Of a stretch of 63,712 bases of DNA, positions 27,861-36,943 are shown one piece after another. The notes below the pieces were generated by a model. That model saw nothing but the letters and a program-made list of their open reading frames with translations, was not told where the DNA came from and made no database searches. This stretch comes from Pseudobdellovibrionaceae bacterium (lineage in GTDB: Bacteria; Bdellovibrionota; Bdellovibrionia; Bdellovibrionales; UBA1609), in contig JANXMF010000224.1 in the NCBI GenBank assembly GCA_025354795.1, positions 1 through 63,712 of the forward strand. Reading direction: 5' to 3'. How positions within the stretch are numbered: the first letter of the stretch is position 1; every line of letters starts with the position of its first letter. The translations under genes and the position numbers were made by a program.

Positions 27861-28052
27861 TTACTGGCTTCCCTTGCTCGTAAACGCGGACAGCTTGTGA
27901 TCATGGATCTCAAACTCAAGCACGATAGGCTGACAGCAGACTTCGCAATCTTCAATGTATTGATGGCGTCCGTTTTCGCTCAGGTCCAACAACATGGAAA
28001 TTTGCTCGCGACAGTAGGGACATTTGAAGCGTTTCTCGAATTCGAATTCCAT
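27861..28052 (-). CDS. CPXCG motif-containing cysteine-rich protein
   Basis: FKCPYCREQISMLLDLSENGRHQYIEDCEVCCQPIVLEF matches the CPXCG zinc-ribbon family pattern. Confidence 0.8.
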   Translation of the reverse strand: MEFEFEKRFKCPYCREQISMLLDLSENGRHQYIEDCEVCCQPIVLEFEIHDHKLSAFTSKGSQ

Positions 28053-28084
28053 GGACTCAAACTAAACCAAATATCGATTTTGCG

Positions 28085-28118
28085 CAAAAACAATGACCGG
28101 CGGGATAGCGGTCATTGT
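28085..28118 (-). terminator. rho-independent terminator of the small stress-protein operon
   Basis: 10-bp perfect stem (28090-28099 pairs with 28109-28118), followed on the minus strand by TTTTTGCGCA. Confidence 0.65.
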
Positions 28119-28253
28119 CAGTAGGGACGGTTAATGGTTTTTTAGCGGCGTTGGTAAAATTGAAGGCATTGCGTCTATCGATAATGATTGGGACTTAAAA
28201 GTCCCTGGATTGTCGAATCATCCCCTGGACCCGGGTTAAAACCGGGCGAAGGC

Positions 28254-28478
28254 CTAGCGGAACGTGACATAAACATCGCTCGAGAGTCCGAGGCTACTTG
28301 TCGCCAGTGCCGATGCCTTCAAGGTCACCGCTTGCAGCGGTTGAAGTTGGTTGGCCACGTTTACCGGAGTCATCGCCGCCAAGCCTGACGTCACTACCGG
28401 CTGACTCAACCCGAGAAAGAAGCGCACCCCAGGGTTGGGTGCATCGAGGTGCGCTCTGCAAATTTGTAAATCGGCCAT
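28254..28478 (-). CDS. possible small protein (74 aa), last gene before the terminator
   Basis: The ATG lies 3 nt after the upstream stop. No family and only a weak RBS. Confidence 0.25.
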   Translation of the reverse strand: MADLQICRAHLDAPNPGVRFFLGLSQPVVTSGLAAMTPVNVANQLQPLQAVTLKASALATSSLGLSSDVYVTFR

Positions 28479-28481
28479 TTG

Positions 28482-28706
28482 TTATTCGGCCTTATCGTTA
28501 ACTTTATCAACACCTTCTTCGACCCGATGTTTGCCTTTTTTAGCGAGGCAAACCGCGTCGCCCTCAGTGCACACGGCCTCACTCACTCGATGCACCGTTT
28601 TCTTGGCGGCCCGCTTGGCATCCTTAGCGGACTCACGGGGAGTGAGGTCGGCGGCAAAGGCGCTGCAGAAAGCGCAGGCGGTCAAAAGCAAGCTCAACTT
28701 AGACAT
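28482..28706 (-). CDS. small exported Lys/Cys-containing protein
   Basis: Start at MSKLSLLLTACAFCSAFA (signal peptide), overlapping the CsbD-like stop by 8 nt. Confidence 0.5.
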   Translation of the reverse strand: MSKLSLLLTACAFCSAFAADLTPRESAKDAKRAAKKTVHRVSEAVCTEGDAVCLAKKGKHRVEEGVDKVNDKAE

Positions 28707-28965
28707 TGTGGGTGTCCGAATCGCGCAAGCTAGTTTTGACCTGTTCAGTTTTGTTGGCCACCTTGTGTTCAACGCGGTGGATGACGTCGCTGATCTTTTG
28801 TTTTACGTCGTCCTTTGAGTCGCCATAGTGTTGTTGCACAAGGCCGCCGATGGCGTCGACATTGCCTTTGGTGCGGTCCAAATCGTCATGGGTGAGCTTG
28901 CCCCAAAGGTTTTGGATTTCACCCTTTATTTCATGCCATTTACCCTGAAATGTATCGCTATTCAT
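28699..28965 (-). CDS. CsbD-family general stress protein
   Basis: FQGKWHEIKGEIQNLWGKLTHDDLDRTKGNVDAIGGLVQQHYG is the CsbD pattern. Confidence 0.85.
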   Translation of the reverse strand: MNSDTFQGKWHEIKGEIQNLWGKLTHDDLDRTKGNVDAIGGLVQQHYGDSKDDVKQKISDVIHRVEHKVANKTEQVKTSLRDSDTHNV

Positions 28966-28977
28966 AATGTGACTCCT

Positions 28978-29160
28978 TTATAGAATTTGTCTTGGGCCGC
29001 GGCCCGTGACAAGATTGGCAACAAAACTAATAACTGCGAGAACTAGGAATACGAACAACAATGTCCGTCCGATTTCAGCGGACATACCCGCAAAGCCCGA
29101 CGCTCCTAAGAACATCGCGACTAAAGCTAAAACAAAAAATGCAATGGCTGCTCTCAACAT
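28978..29160 (-). CDS. DUF1328 (UPF0391) small membrane protein
   Basis: MLRAAIAFFVLALVAMFLGASGFAGMSAEIGRTLLFVFLVLAVISFV is the typical family pattern. Confidence 0.8.
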   Translation of the reverse strand: MLRAAIAFFVLALVAMFLGASGFAGMSAEIGRTLLFVFLVLAVISFVANLVTGRGPRQIL

Positions 29161-29408
29161 TATGCTTTCCTCCATTTAGAGTTGCTGAACCTGTAAAAAG
29201 TAAAAAGCAAGGGGCGTGCCCTAATCGAATCGATTCCATTGCAGTTCGCCAAGGGGTTCGGGGCAAAAGTTCTATAGTATGTCCCAGATTTGGAGGTGGT
29301 CCTTTTAATGAACGGTAGCGAATTTTGGGACATTAGCGACCCACACGTCACCATCCGCCTGTGCCGGCGCCATTTGGCCTGGCACCGGCCTTGCTCCATT
29401 ATCACCCC

Positions 29409-30257
29409 ATGGAAAGCCGGTTTCAGTTTAAAAATATATTCTCACTCGCACGTAACCAGCGATTTCTCGCCGCGGTCGACAAGCATGAGATTCTTTTATT
29501 GGCGGCCGCGATAGCCTATACCACGGCCTTGGCGCTCGCACCGTTTTTGATTATCCTGCTTTCCATTCTTACCTTGCTCGGGGAGCAATGGCAGCAGTCG
29601 GTCATCCAACAAATGACCGTGCTGGTCGGAGCTCAGGGAGGCGAGGCACTACAGGCCATTATCGTCAGCGCCAAGGGGCACACCACCTTTCGCGGTTTTT
29701 CGGGCGTCGTTAGCTTTCTCATTCTCGCGGTCTCCGCATCCACGATCTTCAATCAACTGCGCCTGGCGTTTGATAAGATCAATGAGTACGCACCGACGCG
29801 AAAAAAGGCGTCGGGATTGTGGTTTTTCATGCGCGAAAAGCTGCTGTCGATCGGTTTGGTCTTTGGCTTTATCTTTATGTTGATCATTTCATTGGTGGTG
29901 ACCACTGCGATCGCGGCGGTTTTTAGCGGCCGCGAAGGATTTTTCTGGGAGGCCGTGGCGATGGTGGTGAGCTTTTTGGTTTTCACCGGACTTTTTGCGG
30001 CGATGTTTCGTTTTGTGCCTTCGAGCCAAGAACCAGGGCGAAAATGTTTTCAGTCCGCAGTGGTGGCCACGGTCTTCTTTCTTCTGGGTAAAATGTTGAT
30101 CACTTTATATCTAGCCAAGTCGGCGGTGGGTTCGGCTTATGGCGCGGCGGGTTCGCTGGTGGTTCTGTTGGTCTGGCTCTACTACACCGCGGTGACTCTA
30201 TTGTTGAGTGATGAGTACACGAACAATGTTTTATTAGTACAAAGGAGAAGCGAATGA
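29409..30257 (+). CDS. YihY/BrkB-family inner membrane protein
   Basis: LLLAAAIAYTTALALAPFLIILLSIL and a multi-TM profile typical of the YihY family. Confidence 0.75.
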   Translation: MESRFQFKNIFSLARNQRFLAAVDKHEILLLAAAIAYTTALALAPFLIILLSILTLLGEQWQQSVIQQMTVLVGAQGGEALQAIIVSAKGHTTFRGFSGVVSFLILAVSASTIFNQLRLAFDKINEYAPTRKKASGLWFFMREKLLSIGLVFGFIFMLIISLVVTTAIAAVFSGREGFFWEAVAMVVSFLVFTGLFAAMFRFVPSSQEPGRKCFQSAVVATVFFLLGKMLITLYLAKSAVGSAYGAAGSLVVLLVWLYYTAVTLLLSDEYTNNVLLVQRRSE

Positions 30258-30421
30258 CCGACCCAACAGAATTGTCCCCATCCAAAGATTTTGCAACTCT
30301 CGATGAAAAACGCCGGCGAGACTTTGCCAACAACCCTGGCCAAACGAATTCCGGCACGGACGAAATCGCTCCGGAGCTGGAAGCGGAAGAAGAGTCTGGC
30401 ACGGACAGTGAAGAAGACTAA
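30254..30421 (+). CDS. small acidic protein (55 aa), not in the ORF track
   Basis: The ATG at 30254 overlaps the YihY stop (ATGA). Reads MTDPTELSPSKDFATLDEKRRRDFANNPGQTNSGTDEIAPELEAEEESGTDSEED and stops at 30419-30421. Confidence 0.35.
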   Translation: MTDPTELSPSKDFATLDEKRRRDFANNPGQTNSGTDEIAPELEAEEESGTDSEED

Positions 30422-30780
30422 GCTAATATAAGGAGGGCAAGCGTAACCGCGGCCGGAAGCGCCTGCATAATCAGAATCTTGATGCTCACGCTATAAGCGC
30501 CGTAGAGCCCCGCGACCACCACGCAGCCGAGGAAAAACATTTTCAACTGGGTGGCAACATCGGGCGCGGGATGCAAAAGCGCCCAGACCAGTCCCGCCGC
30601 CAAAAAGCCATTGTAAAGGCCCTGATTGGCCGCGAGCACCGCCGATATTTGCGCTTGCTCCGCGGTTTGCCTAAATATTTTCAAGCCAATGGGCTGGGTG
30701 AACAAAAACATTTCCAAAACTAGAAAGCCGACATGTTGAATCGCGACAAATCCGACCAGACAATTTATTAATAAGCTCAT
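30418..30780 (-). CDS. DUF1304 membrane protein
   Basis: AIQHVGFLVLEMFLF and ANQGLYNGFLAAGL are family signatures. Start at MSLLINCL. Confidence 0.7.
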   Translation of the reverse strand: MSLLINCLVGFVAIQHVGFLVLEMFLFTQPIGLKIFRQTAEQAQISAVLAANQGLYNGFLAAGLVWALLHPAPDVATQLKMFFLGCVVVAGLYGAYSVSIKILIMQALPAAVTLALLILA

Positions 30781-30984
30781 GGAAGCACGATAAGTGACGA
30801 GCCCTACCACTGTCCAGTAACAAATAGACGAATTCGGCACAAGCGATAAACAGCCAAATACTCAAGTCAAATCAACGGTTAGAAAAATAGGCTAGGCCGC
30901 GAAGATAATATGTATTTCACAAGAGTGTCACCGTAAACTGACTTCGTGGCCATAACCAAACCAAAACAGTAGAAAAAACACAAT

Positions 30985-33360
30985 ATGAAAAATCAATTCA
31001 AAAGAATTTTGTTGGTGGGTACCCTTGTCTGCGGAGTGATCGCCGTGGGCTGCAAGAGTATGAAGGCAAGAGAAGGTGGCGGTCGCACCGTGGCCAGTGA
31101 CATAAACGAAGATCGGAAGTCGGTGTTTGGCAATCCAGAATTCGACGCCAGCTTTAAGCCGAAGGATAAACACGAAGAGAATATTAGGAATTTCCTCAAA
31201 GGCACTGACAAGAGTAAAACGGTGAATGTGGAATTTCCGCCGGGATTGACGTCACACGAGGTTTCCCAGCTTTGGCATTTGAGCGAGGGCAGTGACGTAC
31301 TCCCCCTACGCTGGTTCATGCATGTTAAGAGCCAAACGAGTGCACTTAAGAACACGCCGCTTTACGACCAATTGGGCAAGAAATTTGGCGTCATTGAAGA
31401 GGATGGCCTTGACACTTCCAACTACGGCTTGCGCACCGGCTTGCAGCATAACTTCCCGTTCAAAGTGGTGGGAATTACTGCCGCATGGAGTGACGCGGAC
31501 CCGATGGATTCCGACGCCACCCTGCAGTCGCCCGACGAGAAAATTATCGGCAGCCGAATCTATGGCACCCAAGTCAAGAACGGCAAAGTATCGATCGCCA
31601 TGGTCGGCACCAACTGCGCGCTCTGCCACACCGGCCAGGTGCAAGTCGGTGACACCTCGAAGCTCTACGACGGCGCCCCCAATATGATGTACATCCGCGG
31701 ATTCTTTCAAGACATGGCGGGTTCGGTGCTAAAAACTATGATGGAACCTGAGCTGATGGAGAAGTTCCTGATCGAAACCGGAACCCCGACAAGGGAGGCT
31801 AAGAAAATCGGCGAAGAATTTCCCGCGCGCCTAAGACTCGAGTTGCTCGGTCCAATTTTGGGCTCAGGACCTGCGACTGAAGTCATTGAATTTTTAGTGG
31901 CGGATCACGGTTTGCCGCGCAGCCGACTCAAGGCGACCGAAAAAGTGAAAGCGACTGTTCAGCAGGCACTTTTTGAAAAACGCCCGGTGGTCCAAAAATA
32001 TTTACTTGAATTTCTGGCTCTAACCTATCACGTGAAAGTCACCGACCTCAGCCCCACCTTAGGGCTTCGTATGAAGTGGCTCGCCACTTTACTTGGGGCG
32101 GATCCTAAAATTAAAGTCACTAACGAAGGTTATGCGCGTACCGACGCGTTTGGACGGATTTCCAACTGGGTGGCACGGGGCGATAACCCTATTGATCTGG
32201 TCGCGACCGCTTCGGTTCCACCGATGTGGGCGATTAAATATAAGGCGGCCTTTCATTACAACAACAACACCAACTCAGTTCTCATGAGAAATGTGGGTCA
32301 AGCCTTTGGTCTAGGTGCAATCCTTACCGGCAAAGATGGATGCGATACAACCAAGGAGGGCAGTTGCGTCTCTACCGTCAATCTCTATAACCTCAATCGT
32401 TTAGAGTCTCTATTATATAAGTTGAAAACCCCGAACTGGGAGGAAAGCTTTCCGAACTCGCCGGTTGAAATGGCACTCGCGATTCAGGGCTGTAGTAAGT
32501 TTCAACAGGCCTGTGCGGGCTGCCATGAATCTGCAAAGCGGGTAGGCCCTGCAAAAATGCTGATTCAACCCAACATGTTTTCACCAGTTGCGACTGGAAC
32601 AGATTCGGTTTATGCGCAAATGCAGGGAACTCCCGTCAAAGTCGCTAACGGCGAAATCCCCTTTCGTGTAGCGTTGTTTTCGTTTACCAAGGGCGTACGC
32701 GACGACTACTTTCGCCTGAATGGCATTGGCGAAGATCAAATTCCAGTTTGGCAGCGTGCGGCGATTCGTGGCCCCGAGGTTTTTCGCGACACCTATTTGG
32801 GCACACCTCCTTATGATAAAGCGCTAGACTACATGAGTGAGATCAATACTCCTGGGATTGCCTATGTCGCAAAGAACTTGGCGGGCGTGTGGGCAACAGC
32901 GCCTTATTTGCATAATGGTTCCATTCAAAATTTGGAAGCCTTATTGACTCCGGCCAAGCGTCCGCGCTTTTTCTTCCTCGGAACTAAAAAGTACGACGCG
33001 GAAAGACTCGGATTCATGGACGACCCAGTGGCCACTTCAGAGGTTGACGGTTTGGATATAGAGACCTATGGCAAATGGTCTCAGCTCAAGAGCCCGCTCC
33101 AGCTGCATAATCAAATCCGTTGTGTTAAGTATCCCGCCGCTTGCTTCGACGCCAATGATATGGGTAACAGCAATAAGGGACACAACTTTCCTGAGTTCAA
33201 AAAACTGACTGCCGCCGACAAGCGCAATATTATCGAATTTATGAAAATCCTGCGACCCGACCCCGAGTATTCTTGGACTACGCTGCCCCGTTATATAGTT
33301 GAGGGACAAACATGTAAGCAAGTTGACCCGAGCCAGTTTTCAAAGAACAATTATTTATAA
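30985..33360 (+). CDS. large exported dihaem c-type cytochrome lipoprotein, MauG / cytochrome c peroxidase / RoxA-like
   Basis: Lipobox signal MKNQFKRILLVGTLVCGVIAVGC. CXXCH at 31615-31629 (CALCH) and 32512-32526 (CAGCH). WATAPYLHNGSIQNLEALL resembles the CCP/MauG distal motif. Confidence 0.7.
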   Translation: MKNQFKRILLVGTLVCGVIAVGCKSMKAREGGGRTVASDINEDRKSVFGNPEFDASFKPKDKHEENIRNFLKGTDKSKTVNVEFPPGLTSHEVSQLWHLSEGSDVLPLRWFMHVKSQTSALKNTPLYDQLGKKFGVIEEDGLDTSNYGLRTGLQHNFPFKVVGITAAWSDADPMDSDATLQSPDEKIIGSRIYGTQVKNGKVSIAMVGTNCALCHTGQVQVGDTSKLYDGAPNMMYIRGFFQDMAGSVLKTMMEPELMEKFLIETGTPTREAKKIGEEFPARLRLELLGPILGSGPATEVIEFLVADHGLPRSRLKATEKVKATVQQALFEKRPVVQKYLLEFLALTYHVKVTDLSPTLGLRMKWLATLLGADPKIKVTNEGYARTDAFGRISNWVARGDNPIDLVATASVPPMWAIKYKAAFHYNNNTNSVLMRNVGQAFGLGAILTGKDGCDTTKEGSCVSTVNLYNLNRLESLLYKLKTPNWEESFPNSPVEMALAIQGCSKFQQACAGCHESAKRVGPAKMLIQPNMFSPVATGTDSVYAQMQGTPVKVANGEIPFRVALFSFTKGVRDDYFRLNGIGEDQIPVWQRAAIRGPEVFRDTYLGTPPYDKALDYMSEINTPGIAYVAKNLAGVWATAPYLHNGSIQNLEALLTPAKRPRFFFLGTKKYDAERLGFMDDPVATSEVDGLDIETYGKWSQLKSPLQLHNQIRCVKYPAACFDANDMGNSNKGHNFPEFKKLTAADKRNIIEFMKILRPDPEYSWTTLPRYIVEGQTCKQVDPSQFSKNNYL

Positions 33361-33387
33361 ATCAATTTACGAGAGGATCTTTTCTCT

Positions 33388-35649
33388 ATGATCTGTAGAA
33401 AGCGCATGCGAAGGGGCCTGTGGGTCCATATGACAATTGTGTTATTAAGTCTGGTCGCTTGCGTAACAACAGGTGATAAGAATCGTTATCCCGCAAACGC
33501 CCCCGAAGAAGTTCGCAACTATCCGCCCGGCGGTCGATTCCTGATTTGGAATATCGCCAATCCGGTTGCGATCAAAGCATTGCAAGAAAAAGCCGAGGCT
33601 GAACCACCTGATGCGGGTGCCAAAGAACTTCTCACGAAAATAAAGACGATTCAGGCGACCATGGTGGTGGCTTTCGAGAAGATTGATAAGCCGACAGGGA
33701 TCACTAAGTTTGAAGATTACACTGTTCCACAGGCTCGCTTTCGCGCCATGCTGATAGTTTCCAGACAGTCAGGCAACGATTTCTTTGCGGAACTGCGCAA
33801 AGCTGAACCTGTCTTTTGCCTTCCCGGTGATGACAAGGAACGGGCCACTTGCATAGTCGCCCGCTACGATGAAGTGCACAGATCTTTTGGCGAAGTCAGC
33901 CGCTTAAAGCCCCCGCCGGATCTGAATGTGATTTACACGCCCGTGATGGAGCCGACCTTGGGCGGCAACGAGTTTATGCTTTCGCGCGATGGCCGTGAAG
34001 GGCACAGCTTGGCCAACGAAGAGAAATTTCCGCTGATGCACGATTTCGTCAACAATAGCAATAAGGGCAACGGGTCCAAAGACGCGAGCATGAAACGCGT
34101 GCGCCATATTGTAAAACGATTAACTTTAGAGGCGCTTCGTGATCATGCCGATGACGTCACCAAAACCTTGGATGTCGGCGCGTACATCAGCCGCAATATT
34201 TCTATGGGTCTGGTTAGCGATTACTTCGGCTTTTATCCGCCCGACTTTTACACTCAGGTGCAATGGTCGCAAAACACCCAGCAAAGTTTTTTCCATAATC
34301 CATTGAATTTCGAGCCGCTCAATAAATTGGCCTTAGCCGCAGGTCAGGAAATGCAGGCCTACATCACTAAGATGCTGATGCCTGAGCTCAAACGTGAGAT
34401 GGAGTTTAGTCGCCCCGCCTATGACACCGTCACCCAAATGATTCAAGGTCATGCCCAATTCGAAAAGGGTGGCGTGGATCCGATGGCGCGGGTAATGGCC
34501 AATACAATCGGTTTATTGGTCGGTGCGGGGGAGACAACCAACCTCGCGGTTACCCGTTCGTTGTATAATCTGCTGACTCGTCCAGATATTCTTCCTCAGG
34601 CCATTGCCGCAGCAAAAAAAGCCAACTCTCGTACGGCTACGGCTGTAGACAATCAACTTTTTGATCACTACGTTTGGGAGGCTTTGCGCTTCCAACCCAT
34701 CAATCCTTGGGTTGAGCGTCGCGCTTTTCATGATTACAGCGTAACTCCGGTTAAAGAGGTTGTGAACGGTACTGATGTGCCGGGGACACCAGTGCCGATC
34801 GCTGAGGGCACGCGCGTCCTAGTGGCTATGCAATCCGGCATGATGGATTCCAAGAAATATAAGGATCCGACCAAGTTTGATATCACCCGTCCGCTTGGCG
34901 ACTACATGCATGTCAGCATCGACTATCACCGCTGCCTGGGTGACGATGTGGCGCTGGTTATGGTGCCTGAGATTATTAAACAGGTTTTGATTAATTTGCC
35001 TGGCTTGAGACTGCAAATGGCGCCGGACAAAGAAGGCAAGATGGTCGCGGTGCCGCCCAACGATCCGAAGGGCAGCCCCTTCCCAGAAACTTGGAAACTG
35101 GAATTCGACAGCAAAAGCGCCGAGATTAAAGGCCCATCTTCGCATATGGAAGAAGCGCGCGCTTATCTCTTTGGCGAATTGGCGTCTTTAGCCGATGCGG
35201 CCGAACAAGTGAGTGTCATTCGCAACTATGTCACTCATCATGACGATTTTAATCGCGTGAGAAATCCCCTAGCCCGTCTTGACTTTCCTCAGACGCTTGC
35301 GAATAGCGCGGCGATTGACGAACTGGAAAAGAAAATGGTTGCTAAGGTAAGCCGGTTAGGGGCTCCAGAATTTTGTGTCAATGCCACGGCAGTGGAAACC
35401 TTTAGGTCCGCAAAAGACCTGCAGGCTTTCTGCTCATTGCCCTTTGATTTCAGAGCCTGTTACTTCCTGCAACGCACGGCAGCGCTGAAATCACCACAGC
35501 ACGCTTTTGACCATTGCGCCTTCCGCGCCGAAGCCAAGGATGCCGCCCCCGGTGTATTCGCGAAGCTCAAGACGCTCGCCGATAGCAATCCTACGTTTGC
35601 GTTCTTGAAATATTATGATTTTTCCGCGACAAAACGTCATCGCGAGTAA
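33388..35649 (+). CDS. cytochrome P450-like haem-thiolate protein with twin-arginine/lipobox signal and about 190-aa Cys-containing C-terminal extension
   Basis: I-helix LLVGAGETTN, K-helix EALRF, DPTKFDITRP, and Cys-ligand loop YHRCLGDDVA (Cys codon 34933-34935). N-terminus MICRKRMRRGLWVHMTIVLLSLVAC. Confidence 0.7.
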   Translation: MICRKRMRRGLWVHMTIVLLSLVACVTTGDKNRYPANAPEEVRNYPPGGRFLIWNIANPVAIKALQEKAEAEPPDAGAKELLTKIKTIQATMVVAFEKIDKPTGITKFEDYTVPQARFRAMLIVSRQSGNDFFAELRKAEPVFCLPGDDKERATCIVARYDEVHRSFGEVSRLKPPPDLNVIYTPVMEPTLGGNEFMLSRDGREGHSLANEEKFPLMHDFVNNSNKGNGSKDASMKRVRHIVKRLTLEALRDHADDVTKTLDVGAYISRNISMGLVSDYFGFYPPDFYTQVQWSQNTQQSFFHNPLNFEPLNKLALAAGQEMQAYITKMLMPELKREMEFSRPAYDTVTQMIQGHAQFEKGGVDPMARVMANTIGLLVGAGETTNLAVTRSLYNLLTRPDILPQAIAAAKKANSRTATAVDNQLFDHYVWEALRFQPINPWVERRAFHDYSVTPVKEVVNGTDVPGTPVPIAEGTRVLVAMQSGMMDSKKYKDPTKFDITRPLGDYMHVSIDYHRCLGDDVALVMVPEIIKQVLINLPGLRLQMAPDKEGKMVAVPPNDPKGSPFPETWKLEFDSKSAEIKGPSSHMEEARAYLFGELASLADAAEQVSVIRNYVTHHDDFNRVRNPLARLDFPQTLANSAAIDELEKKMVAKVSRLGAPEFCVNATAVETFRSAKDLQAFCSLPFDFRACYFLQRTAALKSPQHAFDHCAFRAEAKDAAPGVFAKLKTLADSNPTFAFLKYYDFSATKRHRE

Positions 35650-35661
35650 ACAATTAAATTT

Positions 35662-35687
35662 AAGCCCACGTCGTCCGGCGTGGGCTT
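35662..35687 (+). terminator. stem-loop after the P450-like gene (weak T-tract)
   Basis: AAGCCCACG (35662-35670) pairs with CGTGGGCTT (35679-35687) around an 8-nt loop. Followed by TCCTC, so it may act as an attenuating or partial terminator. Confidence 0.45.
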
Positions 35688-35846
35688 TCCTCAGCTGACT
35701 TAACCTCACTGTTCTCCCGCGTAAACTATACCACTTTAGACACTCCTGCAGAACGCCCCCCGCCACAGACCCATTTCTCTTGTGGATCCCCCACTCACGT
35801 GCTGAGATTTCTAATGAGTAATTTTCATCCAGGAAGGGGCGAAAAC

Positions 35847-36656
35847 ATGATTCGACTACTGCTCTGTTTTATCCTTACAAATGGTCCTTGTGTCTTTGCG
35901 TTGACGACGGAAACCGGTGTGAGCTTTAAAACGTCTGACGGTCTGACTTTGAACGGCAAAATGAGTTATCCCAAAGATAACCAATCGGGCAAACGCATCG
36001 GAGTCTTGTTAATCCACGGCGCTGGTCCCATGGACATGAACCTCTGGATACCAGGCTCGGTCTCAGCCAACGGTCAACCGCACAAGGCGTTTGAGTCCAT
36101 TGCCCACGTGCTCGGCGACAAGGGCATCATTACCTATCGCTACAATAAACGCGGCATCACGGATGAGCCCAATGGCGCACCCCTGGTGGATAATGCCATC
36201 TATGGCGCGATCACGCTGGATCAGTTGATTGACGATGCGAGCCTGGCCCTTAAGGTTCTCCAGGCCGATCCCAATGTCGATCCGGGGAAGATAATAGTTC
36301 TCGGAATCAGCCAGGGCACACTCATCACCCCGCGTGTGGTGAAAAAGGTGGGCGGCGTGGCCGGTATGATTCTAATGAGCTCGATTGGCAGTTATGACAA
36401 CAACGACAGCCTGATCGCCTCGCTCAAGCTGACGACTTTACTTATGCATGGTGAGATCGACGCGATGACCCCGATTCGGGAATTCAATTTGATCGTGAAT
36501 GCGCTTAAAGCTGTGGGCGCCAAGAATTACACCACCATGGTGTATCCGGGTCTTGGTCATGGCTTCTCGCCGAACGTGAATGCCAAGCCGACCCTTGGCC
36601 CGATTGAACCCGCGGTTTTGTCGGATTTGCCAGTTTGGGTGAATAAAAGTTTTTAA
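35847..36656 (+). CDS. secreted alpha/beta-hydrolase
   Basis: GGAAGGGG RBS. Signal peptide MIRLLLCFILTNGPCVFA. Nucleophile elbow GISQG. LLIHGAG and a C-terminal GLGHGF (catalytic His region). Confidence 0.7.
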   Translation: MIRLLLCFILTNGPCVFALTTETGVSFKTSDGLTLNGKMSYPKDNQSGKRIGVLLIHGAGPMDMNLWIPGSVSANGQPHKAFESIAHVLGDKGIITYRYNKRGITDEPNGAPLVDNAIYGAITLDQLIDDASLALKVLQADPNVDPGKIIVLGISQGTLITPRVVKKVGGVAGMILMSSIGSYDNNDSLIASLKLTTLLMHGEIDAMTPIREFNLIVNALKAVGAKNYTTMVYPGLGHGFSPNVNAKPTLGPIEPAVLSDLPVWVNKSF

Positions 36657-36943
36657 CTCTCCCGGGGCCGTCGATTTGATTTCGGTGGCCTGACACCCGC
36701 CTGCGTGCGAGCCCTGAGAATCATTTACAATCTTAGGCCCAGAATTTATAACGAAAATTGCAACCTGAGGCCTAAGAACGGCCCTTCTATTGTGTTTAAA
36801 TCGCATTGGTTCTCCTATGGTCCTTAATTTCCCGGGCATAGATTGTGCTCTAATCGACTCGAACTGTGAATTTCAAAACCTTAGGTCCACGTGAAGTAGG
36901 GTTTGGAAATATGCAACAATCCAAAGAATAATGAGGAGTCTAT

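Noticed and set aside
28120-28501. ORFs 28188-28388 and 28298-28501 (+), and short hairpins (GGGAC...GTCCC, CCCGG...CCGGG) between the CPXCG gene and the stress operon
   Set aside because: The plus-strand ORFs lack RBS and signals and oppose the minus-strand operon and its terminator. The hairpins are too short (5 bp) to interpret.
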